Below are positions 52,901 through 64,000 of a DNA stretch of 64,000 bases, one piece after another (positions within the stretch are counted from its first letter, which is position 1; every line of letters begins with the position of its first letter). The notes below the pieces were generated by a model, which saw only the letters and a program-made list of their open reading frames with translations, did no database searches and was not told the origin of the DNA. The stretch is from Camelus dromedarius (lineage: Eukaryota): positions 70,062,001 through 70,126,000 of the forward strand of contig NC_087437.1 in the NCBI RefSeq assembly GCF_036321535.1, given 5' to 3'. The position numbers were made by a program, and so were the translations under genes.

Positions 52901-53819
52901 AATAGGTAAATACGTACTTTTAGATCCCTTTCTACTTCCACAGAACAGAATAAGATAGGAATTTTTTGGCTGATGTTTCAGACATGGATTGTTGGATTCT
53001 AGTAGGTCTGCTTCTCTAAACAGCTCCCATCCCCAGAGCAGTTACTAACCCTACACATTAGCCTCTCCTTCCTCTTCTTCCTACTTCTCCATTCAAACCC
53101 TGCTCCTCTCACTCCTCTCTGATTCATCCTGCTCTTTTATTCTTGGTCATAATTCTGTGTTCTGACTCATTCAGTTCTAATCACTGAGAATTTACTTCCT
53201 ATGTGGCCAGCACTATGCCAGGTAAGAGGAAAGACTACAAAATAACACAAGATCCTTGAGGACCTTCTGTCTAAATAAAGACAAGACAGAAACAAGCCCT
53301 TTCTCATAACAAACACCTGTGCCAGTGTCTTGCTACCTATGACGTAATCTCTATTTTGCTAACAAAGAAAATGCATAACATCGAGTAAAGGGGAACACAG
53401 CATAATATACATTAAATTGGGAAGAGGTTTATTCATGATCAATCCTCGTATCTTCTGATGATTCCCCAGATCTTGGTCTTAAAAATGACATTTTTCTAGC
53501 AGACAGATAGTAACTGGAATGCATTATTCATGTACTCAAAGCATCTACAACATTTGTATTTCAGCAAAGTATCCACCTCTCTTCCAGATCACACTGTAAT
53601 AATTATGCAGTGGCTAAAAAAACAACCGGGTCTCTGCCGTTCAGCAGTTAAAGGTCTCATAAAGGTGAAATTTATTTTTATTGATTTAAAAAGAATCTAA
53701 GTTGGATATTTATTTGTTTATGTGTTTCTGATTTAAAGTGGACAGCGTTTTTGCAAGCAGGACTATGAGTCAGAGAGAACATTTCCAGCATCCTGGTTTG
53801 GTGATAAATAAAGAAGAAA

Positions 53820-53908
53820 AGGGGATTAGCAATTGAACACCTGCTTTGTGCCAGGCACTGTGGCAGATACTTTACCATATATGATTCTGTTTAACATATG
53901 CTGTCTCA

Positions 53909-53952
<44 letters not shown>

Positions 53953-54120
53953 GGAGGAAGGTACTATTACTAGCCTGAGTGTAAATCAAAGGAAATTGAG
54001 TTACTGAGAGAGTTTAAATAAGTTTTTCAATGAGATATAGCTTGTGAGTAAGTAGCAGACACAACACTCCAGGTGTGTCTGACTCTGAGAATCATGGTTA
54101 TTCTACTTTTCATGCTCCTC
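53820..54120 (-). mobile_element. MIR SINE containing (CA)n at ~53909-53950
   Basis: ATTGAACACCTGCTTTGTGCCAGGCACTGTG...GGAAATTGAG...GTCTGACTCTGAGA. Confidence 0.75.
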
Positions 54121-55892
54121 TCAGATGAGAACTTCACACTGATGAGGCCAAGGCCATGAGGTTGATCATTATCTTGAGTGGCTTTAATCTAGGTGAAAGC
54201 CTGACCCTCTCCATCCTCCAAATTCAGACTGGAGCCTTACATATCCAAAGTGTGGTTTTAAAAGATACCAAATGAGAATATGTAAACTAGCTAAGGAGAA
54301 ACCCATCCTGAACACTGGATAAACAAAGGTAAACATGTGCATCGATGATGGGTCACCGGTGCCATGTTTGTTGTGTTCAAAGGCCAAGACAACTTGACCT
54401 CTATCTTCCCATAAGTCTATGTCACTCCAAGTCCTTCGAATGACAGGGCGCTATCATTCACCATGTCAAAGAAGTGAATTATAAGGATTCTGCTGTCTAG
54501 ATCAAGAGAGGAAATAACCAGATGCATTTTGACTAATCATAGCCTTCTTAGTAGAATAACCAGCAAAAAACTGCTGGCCTTATGTGTCTGCTAATTCACT
54601 GCTGTCCTTTCACTGGGGGTCTCAGTTGTGAATTCTGAGCTCCAGTCTCCATTGCTGCTGCTTTAGTGTACAGAATGATGCTGAGTGTGTGTGCTTATGC
54701 TGATTATCTGGATACGCATATGGCAACAATTAGAGTGGCTAATTAATAACATAAACTGAAGGGGTTCTAGGGCTCCTTCAGGAGAGATTAAATGAATCTA
54801 AATCCCAACAAACAATAAATCAGTTGCACTCAATCTGTGCTGCAGCTTATGTGTCCACCAAATTTTGATCAACATATAAAACTTATTTTTGCAACTGAGT
54901 AAACACACGGTCAGCGATATCTGTCAAATGGACCATGAACTAGGTGAATTTTGACACATTTTGAGGAATGAGGTACAACTTGATGCCAAATCAGAGAGAT
55001 ATGAGGTATAGTAATAGGTCAAGCTTGTGGCAGGGGAGATAAGAACTTTATTTTGTAAGACAGTGGGATCACACAGTGCTAACGCCCAGTTAAGCGCTCT
55101 TAAAAAGGAACAAAGGTAGAGCTTAGGGGTGAATCCAGAGCCCATCTGTAGGGAATTATAGTAGGCTCCACCTCCACTGATTCCATCAACAGATTTTTCT
55201 AAGCAGTTACTATGTATGATGAACAATCTTAGGAAACTGCTTCAAAGGAGACCAACCCCAGATAGCAATAATACTGGCAGTAAATGGCCATGGAGCTCAT
55301 TCAGGGCCTTGAATCAAATGCAAAGAGCATCATAATGCACTGACCTTTTCCATTCAGTGTGTGTTTATCTCTCTACCTTATAGGACTCACTGGGGACATT
55401 CAGTGTCGTGTAACTTTTAATTGCCAATGAGCTTCTGGCAGGTGTGGCTTACACTAATGGACTAAAGATGTCTTAGGTGCTTTCAGTTATACATAGAAAA
55501 GTGCCCTGGTCAATGGCAAATCTTTTTAACCAGCCTTTTATCAGGTCCTTCTCTGCTCCCTCAAAGCAGAGGAGGCTACTGGAAGGAGATCAGCGTGGGT
55601 TTTAGGCAGTGCTGACACCTGCTTCTGAAAATGAATAGAGGGGGTGGCTTCTTTAGATATCATTGAAAATAGCTTTCTGGAATGAATTTAATATGGATCA
55701 GTCACAAGGGCTATATTATTGATGGATGACACAAACAAATTTGCAGCAGCGTCTAAGTCTATTGATTCTATCTCCTCTACATTTTGAAAGTGTTATGGCT
55801 AGTAGCCTGAAGCTTTACTTCAGTGCAGGACACTTGGGAGAGCTGACTACCTCAGAAAATGAATATGGATTTGCTCACTTTACTACTACAGG

Positions 55893-56351
55893 TGTGTTAG
55901 TTAGCTAGGTCCACCACAACAAAGTACCTAAAACTGGGTAGCTTAAACAATAGAAATTTATCATTTTACATTTCTGAAGTCTAGACCAAGCTCAAAGTGT
56001 CCACAGAATGCTTCCTTCTGAGGGCTATAGAAAAGATTCTGTTCTATGCCTCTAAACTTGTGGTGATTTTCTGGCAATCTTTGCCGTTCCTTGGCTCACG
56101 GAAGCATCACTGCGATCTCTGCCTTTGTCTTCGCATGGCGTTCTCCCTGTGTGTGTGCCTGTATCCAAATTTCCCCTTTTTACAGGAACATCAGTCATAT
56201 TGTATTAGGACTCTACTCTACTTCAACACGGCTTCATCCTAACCAATTATTTCTGCAATAAACCTATTTCCAAATAAGGTCACATTCTGAGGTACTGGAG
56301 GTTAGAAAGTCAACATACGAATTTTGGAGAAATATGATTCAATCCTTAACA
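55893..56351 (-). mobile_element. MLT1C-like MaLR solo LTR
   Basis: TGT...AACA termini; CAAAGTACCTAAAACTGGGTAGCTTAAACAATAGAAATTTAT; CCAAATAAGGTCACATTCTGAGGTACTGG; TSD ACAGG/GCAGG. Confidence 0.9.
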
Positions 56352-56731
56352 GCAGGGAAAGAACAGACAGGGCCTATAGCCTGCTTCATGGAATAAATAA
56401 AATAAAAACTTTAGAACAATCTCAGAGGCCACAACTATGACTGGCACTCTACAGACAAGCCTCACAAAATTTGCAAACCTGACTCAAATGTATAAGAAAA
56501 ACAAAACAAGTTATTTGCCCCTTTTCAACTTGTCAACTCTGTCTTCTAGACATTTTACACAATCTGGGAGATCAGCTTATTAAGATTTACTTGTAGAAAC
56601 ACTCAGCTAAATAGTAGATCACTGAGGTAGAGCAATCTGCTTTAACAAAGTAATATTCATATTATATTCTATTTTTTACTTTGGTTCCACAATAATATCA
56701 CAGGCATATGTATAGAAAATACTTGTATATA

Positions 56732-57981
56732 TTTTGAGTTGATTTTTCAAAATGGATCAAAGACTTAAACATAAGACAAGATACAATAAACCTCCTAGAG
56801 GAAAACATAGGCAAAGCATAATCTGACATACATTTCAAAAACTTTCTCCTAGTAGAAATAAAAGCAAGAATAAACAAATGGGACCTAATGAAACTTACAA
56901 GCTTCTGCACAGCAAAGGAAACCAGAAGTAAAACAAGAAGACAACGTACGGAAAGGGAGAAAATTTTTGCAAATGAAACCGACAAAGGCTTGATCTCCAG
57001 AATATATAAGCAGCTCATACGACTCAATAAGAAAAAAATAAGCAACCCAATCCAAAAATGGGCAGAAGACCTAAACAAGCAGTTCTCCAAGGAAGACATA
57101 CAAATGATCAAAAGGCACATGAAAAAATGCTCAATATCACTAATTATCAGAGAAATGCAAATCAAAACTACAATGAGGTATCACCTCACACCAGTCAGAA
57201 TGGCCATCATTCAAAAATCCACAAATGACAAATGCTGGAGAGGCTGTGGAGAAAGGGGAACCCTCCTACACTGCTGGTGGGAATGCAGTTTGGTGCAGCC
57301 ACTATGGAAAACAGTGTGGAGATTCCTCAAAAGACTAGGAATAGACTTACTGTATGACCCAGGAATCCCTCTCCTGCGCTTGTATCCAGAAGGAACCCTA
57401 CTTCAGGATGACACCTGCACCCCAATGTTCATAGCAGCAGTATTTACAATAGCCAAAAAATGGAAACAGCCTAAATGTCCATCAACAGGTGACTGGATAA
57501 AGAAGATGTTGTATATTTATACAATGGAATACTACTCAGCCATAAAAACCGACAACATAACACCATTTGCAGCAACATGGATGCTCCTGGAGAATGTCAT
57601 TCTAAGTGAAGTAAGCCAAAAAGAGAAAGAAGAATACCATATGAGATAGCTCATATATGGAATCTAAAAAACAAACAAACAAAAACAAAGCATTAAATAC
57701 AGGACAGAAATAGACTCATAGACAGAGAATACAGACATGTGGTTGCCAGGAGGGCGGAGGGTGGGAAGGGATAGACTGGGATTTCAAAACTGTAGAATAG
57801 ATAAACAAGATTATACTGTATAGCACAGGGAAATATACACAAAACGTTATGGTAGCTCACAGAGAAAAAAATGTGACAATGAGTGTGTATATGTCCATGT
57901 ATGACTGAAAAATTGTGCTGAACACTGGAATTTGACACAACATTGTGAAATGATTATAAATCAATAAAAAATGTTAAAAAA
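56732..57981 (+). mobile_element. Young 5'-truncated L1 with 18-bp TSD
   Basis: AGAAAATACTTGTATATA occurs at both 56714-56731 and 57982-57999; AATAAA and a short A tail at ~57963-57981. Confidence 0.97.
56888..57649 (+). pseudogene. L1 ORF2 C-terminal remnant (253 codons open; cysteine-rich domain)
   Basis: [11 protein letters not shown]...[11 protein letters not shown]...[18 protein letters not shown]...PFAATW. It is truncated, lacks EN/RT, and has an upstream stop at ~56818. Confidence 0.95.
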
Positions 57982-59826
57982 AGAAAATACTTGTATATAA
58001 TGAAATAAAACTGTAGAAAATATTTATAAATCATATTTCTCACAGATAATTTTTATTTTTAAAACAATAGTATAATAATCATGAAACTCTGGTAAATCCA
58101 AAGATGACACTAAAATTAAGCTGTAATACCATACCTGATGGTATGCTCCTGTGAGCAGATTTTTCTGCTCCATGTGGCAGTCCTCTTAGAAGTTTGGCTG
58201 AGGTTATCACCAGTCTCAAGCTACACTAGCATTTCTACCTGTGCTTTCAAGATAAAAATCCTACTTTTTCATACCTTATTTCATCATTTGAACTTAGTAG
58301 CTGCTTCCCCCAAATCTTTGCCTGGTAAGATGTATAGAGTTGTTAGAATATTTCAGGTGGAGGAGATAATAAGACACAATTTAAGAGTTGAAATATCTGA
58401 TCCTTGCTTATCATTGGAGCTCAGCCTAAAATCTGCTAGAACATGTGGTTGTCTAGCAACCAACTAATGTCCTATAATGATCTGCAAATTGATGCCTGGG
58501 CTGAATGAATGTTCCAGTCCAAACCCAAAGCTTTATATAGTTAATTGAAAGCTAATGTCCTCATTAGTGGATGTTAGAGAGGTTCAACAAGTGCAGTTTG
58601 CATGTGCTAAGTGTTGAATATTCATTAGGCATGTTGTTTAATACAGAGTAGGAGGAACTGGACAATCCATCTGGTGGTAACTCTGTGCAAAAATGATAGT
58701 TTGAAACTGCCCAATACATAAATATGTTCAGGAGAGCTGATGCCCACTCTACAGTTCACCATAACTGTTAATCTATAGCACATCTTCCTGGTTCCTCACA
58801 CTTTTTTTTTCTTAGTAGAGTTTCGATATTACCAAATCCAGGCTATTTTAATCCAGTATGCAGTGCTCTGTCCTCTTAGTACAGTCCCTGTTACTCATCT
58901 ATCGTTCATCATAAGATTAGCAGGGAAAAAAAAATGAACCTTTGATATCCGTAAGGCCCTTTTGGTTCACATTACATAAGGGTAAATTAAAAATACATTG
59001 AAATTTAAGAAAACTATGTGTGCCTTAACTTCTGCTCAGACAACCACCCTGCACCTTCAGGAATCATCCTGACATATTCCTTTTCTTCGTTAGTTGATTG
59101 GGAATTTTTTAATTTTTTTTTTAAGAGATAGCTACTTTAAGAGAAATCCTCTAAAGATCTAAAAAAGTTAAGCAATTGGTTCTTACTAAATTATTCGGTT
59201 GATATACTGACCACCTATTATGAATTTAGGATTTTGCTACATTCTATGGGGGATGAAAGAGAAGTATTCCACATGATTCTTCTCCCTTATTGCCAGGGAA
59301 CCCGCCTTCTTCTTAAGCGTCAAAAACACAGAACCATTTTTTAAAAAATAAAGTAAAATTCCCAATTATTCCTCTTTGGTACCCAATTCCTTTCACAGTG
59401 TTCCAACAGAATGTACTTCTATTGTTAGCCCTGAAACAGCCTGACTTGTTCCGTCTGCTCTGATACAGCTTCTTTAGGCCAAGGAGAGTGTCTTCCTCTT
59501 AGTACCACGTGGACCTAGCATGAACAAACATATGCCCAGAACATAGCAGGTGCTCAATGAGTATTTGCTGAATGAATGAATGAATGAATAATTAAATGAT
59601 TATTTTATAGTCTCTCCTCCAGTCCCTGGGTCTATTAACACATGTCTGTGATGCTTCTGGATAAGCGTAAGGAGATCTCTATGGCCACTGAAGAGAAAAC
59701 TGTATGTGAAATTAATGCCCTGGGTTGGTATCAAAACTCTGCTTTATTAGTAACCTCAATCAACCAATTTTGATATAAAATCAGTCCATTAGCACAACCA
59801 AGTATCTTTTGGGGAGCTCTGTGTAT

Positions 59827-59995
59827 TAGTACTATCCAACAGAGCCTTTCGAGATGATATAAATATTCTGTACCCACACTGTAAAATACAGTAGCCACTA
59901 GCCATACATGGCTGATGTGACTGAGGAACTACATGTTTAATTTTACTCAGTTGTAATTAACTTACATTAAATAGCCACATATATTAGACAGCACA
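59827..59995. mobile_element. MER3 hAT-Charlie MITE (internally deleted)
   Basis: CAGTAGCCACTAGCCATACATGGCT...GTGACTGAGGAACT...AAATAGCCACAT...TATTAGACAGCACA. Confidence 0.8.
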
Positions 59996-60909
59996 ATTAT
60001 ATATGGTTCAGAATGTAAATGGACATTAAATACATCCCAGTGTTTTGCTATTAAACACATCCCAATGTGTTACCACTGGTGGTAACACAATTTAGATTCC
60101 TGACTTGTAATGGCCCATATTTCTAGCACACTTCTTTGCCTAATAAAGTCTAGTTTTATTATGGGAAACTTCCATTCTGTAGCCATAATTTAACACTACA
60201 TTTACAAATTTTCTTAATTCTCTGATGCTACTGAATAGCACCCTTGTTTTGATAGCAGCTTTTCAGAAAACAAAGGGAAAAAAAAAGAGAGTGAAAATTC
60301 TACCATTTTTCAATACGATTTTTTTTAAACTTCAGGAATATTATAATATGAAAATATGTTTATCTTATAATTTTAAAATAGAAAATTATTTAGACTTCTG
60401 ATGAAGAACACATATGATAATTCTACTTGTGTCTATAGTTATGTCTAAAAATATGTTATAACACATACTATATTCTTAGAGGTTTAATTTCTCTTTGAAA
60501 ATAAAGTTTTTAAGCCCATGTATGCTTCAAATACTTGTGCTTTTTAAAGCTTTCAACTAATTAGTAGTTTTATTAAATGTTCTAGATTTTTAACACTCAG
60601 AGTTTTGGGAAGCATTGGTGTTATTCTCTGCCTTTCTTTCTATCATTTTTAGCCTTGAATTCTCTTTCCTTTTACACGGTGCTCTTTCCCTGAGTCCCTG
60701 AATTCTTTTCATCTCAGAGGGATACTTTTGTTTTTGATTGCATTATTTAATTAGAGCCCTGTTCTTTGCATTTAAACTGATAATTCTTTCACTCTTAAAA
60801 ATAACTAAATTCAGTGGATTTTAAATTCACATAGTTTTCAATTAATTTTGTACTTCACCTCAGTAGGCCTCAATTTTTTTTGAAAGGTATGCCTAAAAAA
60901 GTCCTTTCA

Positions 60910-61105
60910 TAGCAAATGTGTATAAGAGTTTTGTGTGAACATATGTTTTTATTTCTCTGGGTATAGACTTAGGAATGGAATTGCTGAGTCATATGGTAAA
61001 TCTATGTTTAACATTTTAGGGAACTGCCAAAACTGTTTTCCAAGTGCACTATTTTACACTCCTACCAGCAATATGTGAGGGCTCCAATTTCTCCATATCC
61101 AGCAG
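60910..61105 (-). mobile_element. Old L1 ORF2 3' fragment
   Basis: TAGGAATGGAATTGCTGAGTCATATGGTAAATCTATGTTTAAC...GGAACTGCCAAAACTGTTTTCCAAG. Confidence 0.8.
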
Positions 61106-64000
61106 GACTCATTCTTGTATCTTATCACATGAAACAGTTTAATAACGGGGAATTTAAAACAAACGTGGGTTTTCAAGGAAGGTTTTCCAAAGGTTAATTT
61201 GTAGTACTGTTTAACTATACAGAGTGAAAAAGGAAGAGTTCAATAGAGCTGATACTGGTAAATTTGAGTCCTGGCCTGAAAAACATCTTATCTCAATACT
61301 AATCTTAGAGGTTTTTTCTCAATTCTAGAAGATAATCAATTAGAAGTGCCTGATCAATTGAATTTCTTGTTTCTATCACTACACATGATATCCTTTTGCC
61401 TAGGAAAGGACATTACCTCTGGGTCTCAGAATAAGTTTGCTCATGACAATCACATATAAAGTGCATTATTGAGAACTGACACATAGAAGATGCTCAGAAT
61501 GTATATACCATATCATAGTTATTGATATTTTAAAAATACATTCTGAAACAAGTGCTCATTAATCATGCTGGAAGACTATATTTTGTTATGACCCAACTTA
61601 AAGTTGCTCTTTCTATCTAAATTTTCTAAATGGTAGGAATTTCAAATGATACTCTTCATGTTTCCTACAAAAATAAACAAAAATCATCTCCAGGCAAAAA
61701 ATGTGCTTTTTTATATTCTAAGCTCACATGACGTCTAAATTTTTAACTTACACATGTTTAATTTGTATGATATAGAATATTCCATCAAGACTAGCAAAGT
61801 GATGGACACACATTAAGAACTTAGTAAGTACTTACTGAGGGAATGAAGGAAGGAAAAAGGGAAGGATAAAATGGGAAAAAAGAAAAGGGAAGGAAGAAAG
61901 AGGAGGTAGAAGGAAGTTAATTCAGAAATTTAAGGATGCCTATGCGATACTGAAAAATAGGTATTCACCAGAGCATAAAAATATCCAGAGAGCAAGGGTC
62001 TGCACAAATTAAGTACCTCCACAGTATATTGTATAACTACATAATATGTGAAGCTTCATTAATATTTGCCTAAGTGTAACAAGAGATGATTATAACTTAG
62101 TTTAAGTAGCTTGGTAGATAATTGTCTCAATGACTAAACAGAAACCTGGGGTCTAGTGGAATGATGACGTATTATCGTGAAACCCATCAGGAAAGTTTAT
62201 AGGAGAGGACTGGGCACCAGAGTTAAACAGATCATTTTAAGAAGGTGTTAATGTCGAATAGGTAAACAGAGAGAAAGGTATAAAATGTACAACCCCTGAG
62301 AGCTGTAGAAAAAATTTAACTTTGCAAACTAAATTGCAATTCTCAGATATAAATTTCAGAGGTTCCAACAGTCATCACTTCAGTCTTAGGAAAGCTCTCA
62401 CCACTGTTTTGCCTGTGTGAAGGGAGAAATATACATAAAAGCAAGGTACAATGATTAAGGAGTTATGCAACATACAAGTAGAAACCATTTCTCTCAAATA
62501 CCAAAACTACAGAAACAGGTATCATGAGATGAATGTGACATAATAAGCCTCTCCCCCAGAACACTAAATGTCCACATCCTCTAAGTCAGTCTTCTTTTTA
62601 TCAACCTTCCTTCATCTAGAGTTCAAACTGGAAATAATTCAATGAACTAATCTGTATTAAATACTATATTTGCTCCATCAGGGTATTTGTATTTTATTTA
62701 GGACCTGTCCCTCTGGCCAAATAGATGATGCTGTACTAGTTCTCACCCAAGTGTCAGTGAGAGTCAGATGAGGAGATTCATTTTTGAGTAGTTAGGGAAG
62801 GAGGTGTAGAGAAGGAAGCAGAGAGGACTTCAAATAGCTCCTTAGAGCATCATCATAGTTAGCACTTTCACTATCTTTTGCAAAGTAATCTCTACACACC
62901 TGACTGGGTGAAAAATGGTACATACCAAGTACTTATTGAAGCTGTCAATTAGCTGTCCTTTGGACACATGGTGTGACTTTGAAGGACCTAGAAAATGTGA
63001 GGAAGGGTGGGATACAGGCAAGTAGATCAAGGAAGAGTTCATGGTGCAAGTTCCCGTTTCTGGAATCAGGGTCAGGAGACATGGACTTGAGTACGCTATA
63101 ACAAAAAGTTTGGGCAATTCACTTTCCCTTTTTGTGTTATATCATCTGTAGGGTCAAAGCACCATTTTTTTTAAAGGCAAAATCATGTCACTCATACACA
63201 TCCAAGATTTTGATAAGGGAAGCAATAAGATATTACAACTGGTTCAAAAGAGAATGCGCAGTGCCACACAACTATAGTCAGATAAGGAATGCTGAATTTA
63301 CAAATGCAAAACTAGTAAAACTGCTCTATATCCATAGGGTTATAATTAACTGCACTCTACCAGATGCATTCCTAGAAATAAGAATTATTTGCATTACTAT
63401 CAGTTTTTCATAAATTAACTTTTGTCTTGGCAGAGTTGTAAAAGATCCTTACCAAAGGTAAGAATCAATCAGGGCACTCACCATATTTTAGTCTTTCACA
63501 ATTTTTCTTTATATTAGGCTAGAGGATCTCTTGGGCTCTTTCCAGTTCTAAAGTTCGATTAGTTTCCACAACCAATAAAGGGAAAAGTAGGAGAGAAAAA
63601 AAGGGTAAAAGAGGCAATAAAATGAGAATTCTGAAAAAAAATTAACTTATACTCTGCTAATCTGGTCTTGCCACCAGTAACCTTCCTTCTGTCTCAGAAT
63701 CTGGAATTGTGTGCTTATTATTAATAGATACCATACTAGTTTAAATAGAAAGGGGGAAAATCATAAATCACAAGAGACTCTAAATGTATTATACTCATGG
63801 CTAAATGGCAAAGCCTTCATTGCACACTCACTGGATGCCAATGAAACACCATGATCCTTGGTTGAAGTAAAATTTGTTGATTAGACTGACAAGGGTAATT
63901 AATGCTTCTGTAGAAAAGCCCTGATCCCAGTTACTTTATGTCACATGAAAGAAAATTCCCCTATTCACTCCTCCCTCATCTGCAGTTAATATTGAGTTAT

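Noticed and set aside
56698..57165. 155-aa minus-strand ORF
   Set aside because: Antisense of L1 ORF2, the same artefact family as 36-320.

Overview
This is mammalian non-coding genomic DNA, AT-rich and CpG-depleted, and most likely from a camelid. The evidence is a tRNA-derived SINE resembling the camelid vic-1 family at ~25.45-25.56 kb, laurasiatherian-type L1 ends, and no recognisable Alu, B1, Bov-A or PRE-1 elements. Much of the window is transposable-element debris of several ages: ancient MIR and L2; hAT DNA transposons (MER5A-type, MER94, MER63, MER3); MaLR/ERVL solo LTRs (MLT1, MLT2, LTR16/33, MER21, MER74-like); and old and young L1. I cannot support any cellular protein-coding exon. 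The only ORFs with recognisable homology are L1 ORF2 remnants. A CpG-enriched unique block at ~7.1-8.5 kb carries minus-strand splice signals that look like a promoter with 5'UTR exons of a gene I could not identify. The best-supported curiosities are retrotransposition footprints: a young L1 with a perfect 18-bp TSD and a 16-nt 5' micro-inversion, an L1 whose 5'UTR is fused directly to the RT domain, nested LTRs with readable TSDs, and a SINE with a duplicated A-box region. I found no support for a new multi-gene biological system. Repeat family names come from my recollection of consensus sequences, not a database search, and most repeat boundaries are approximate.
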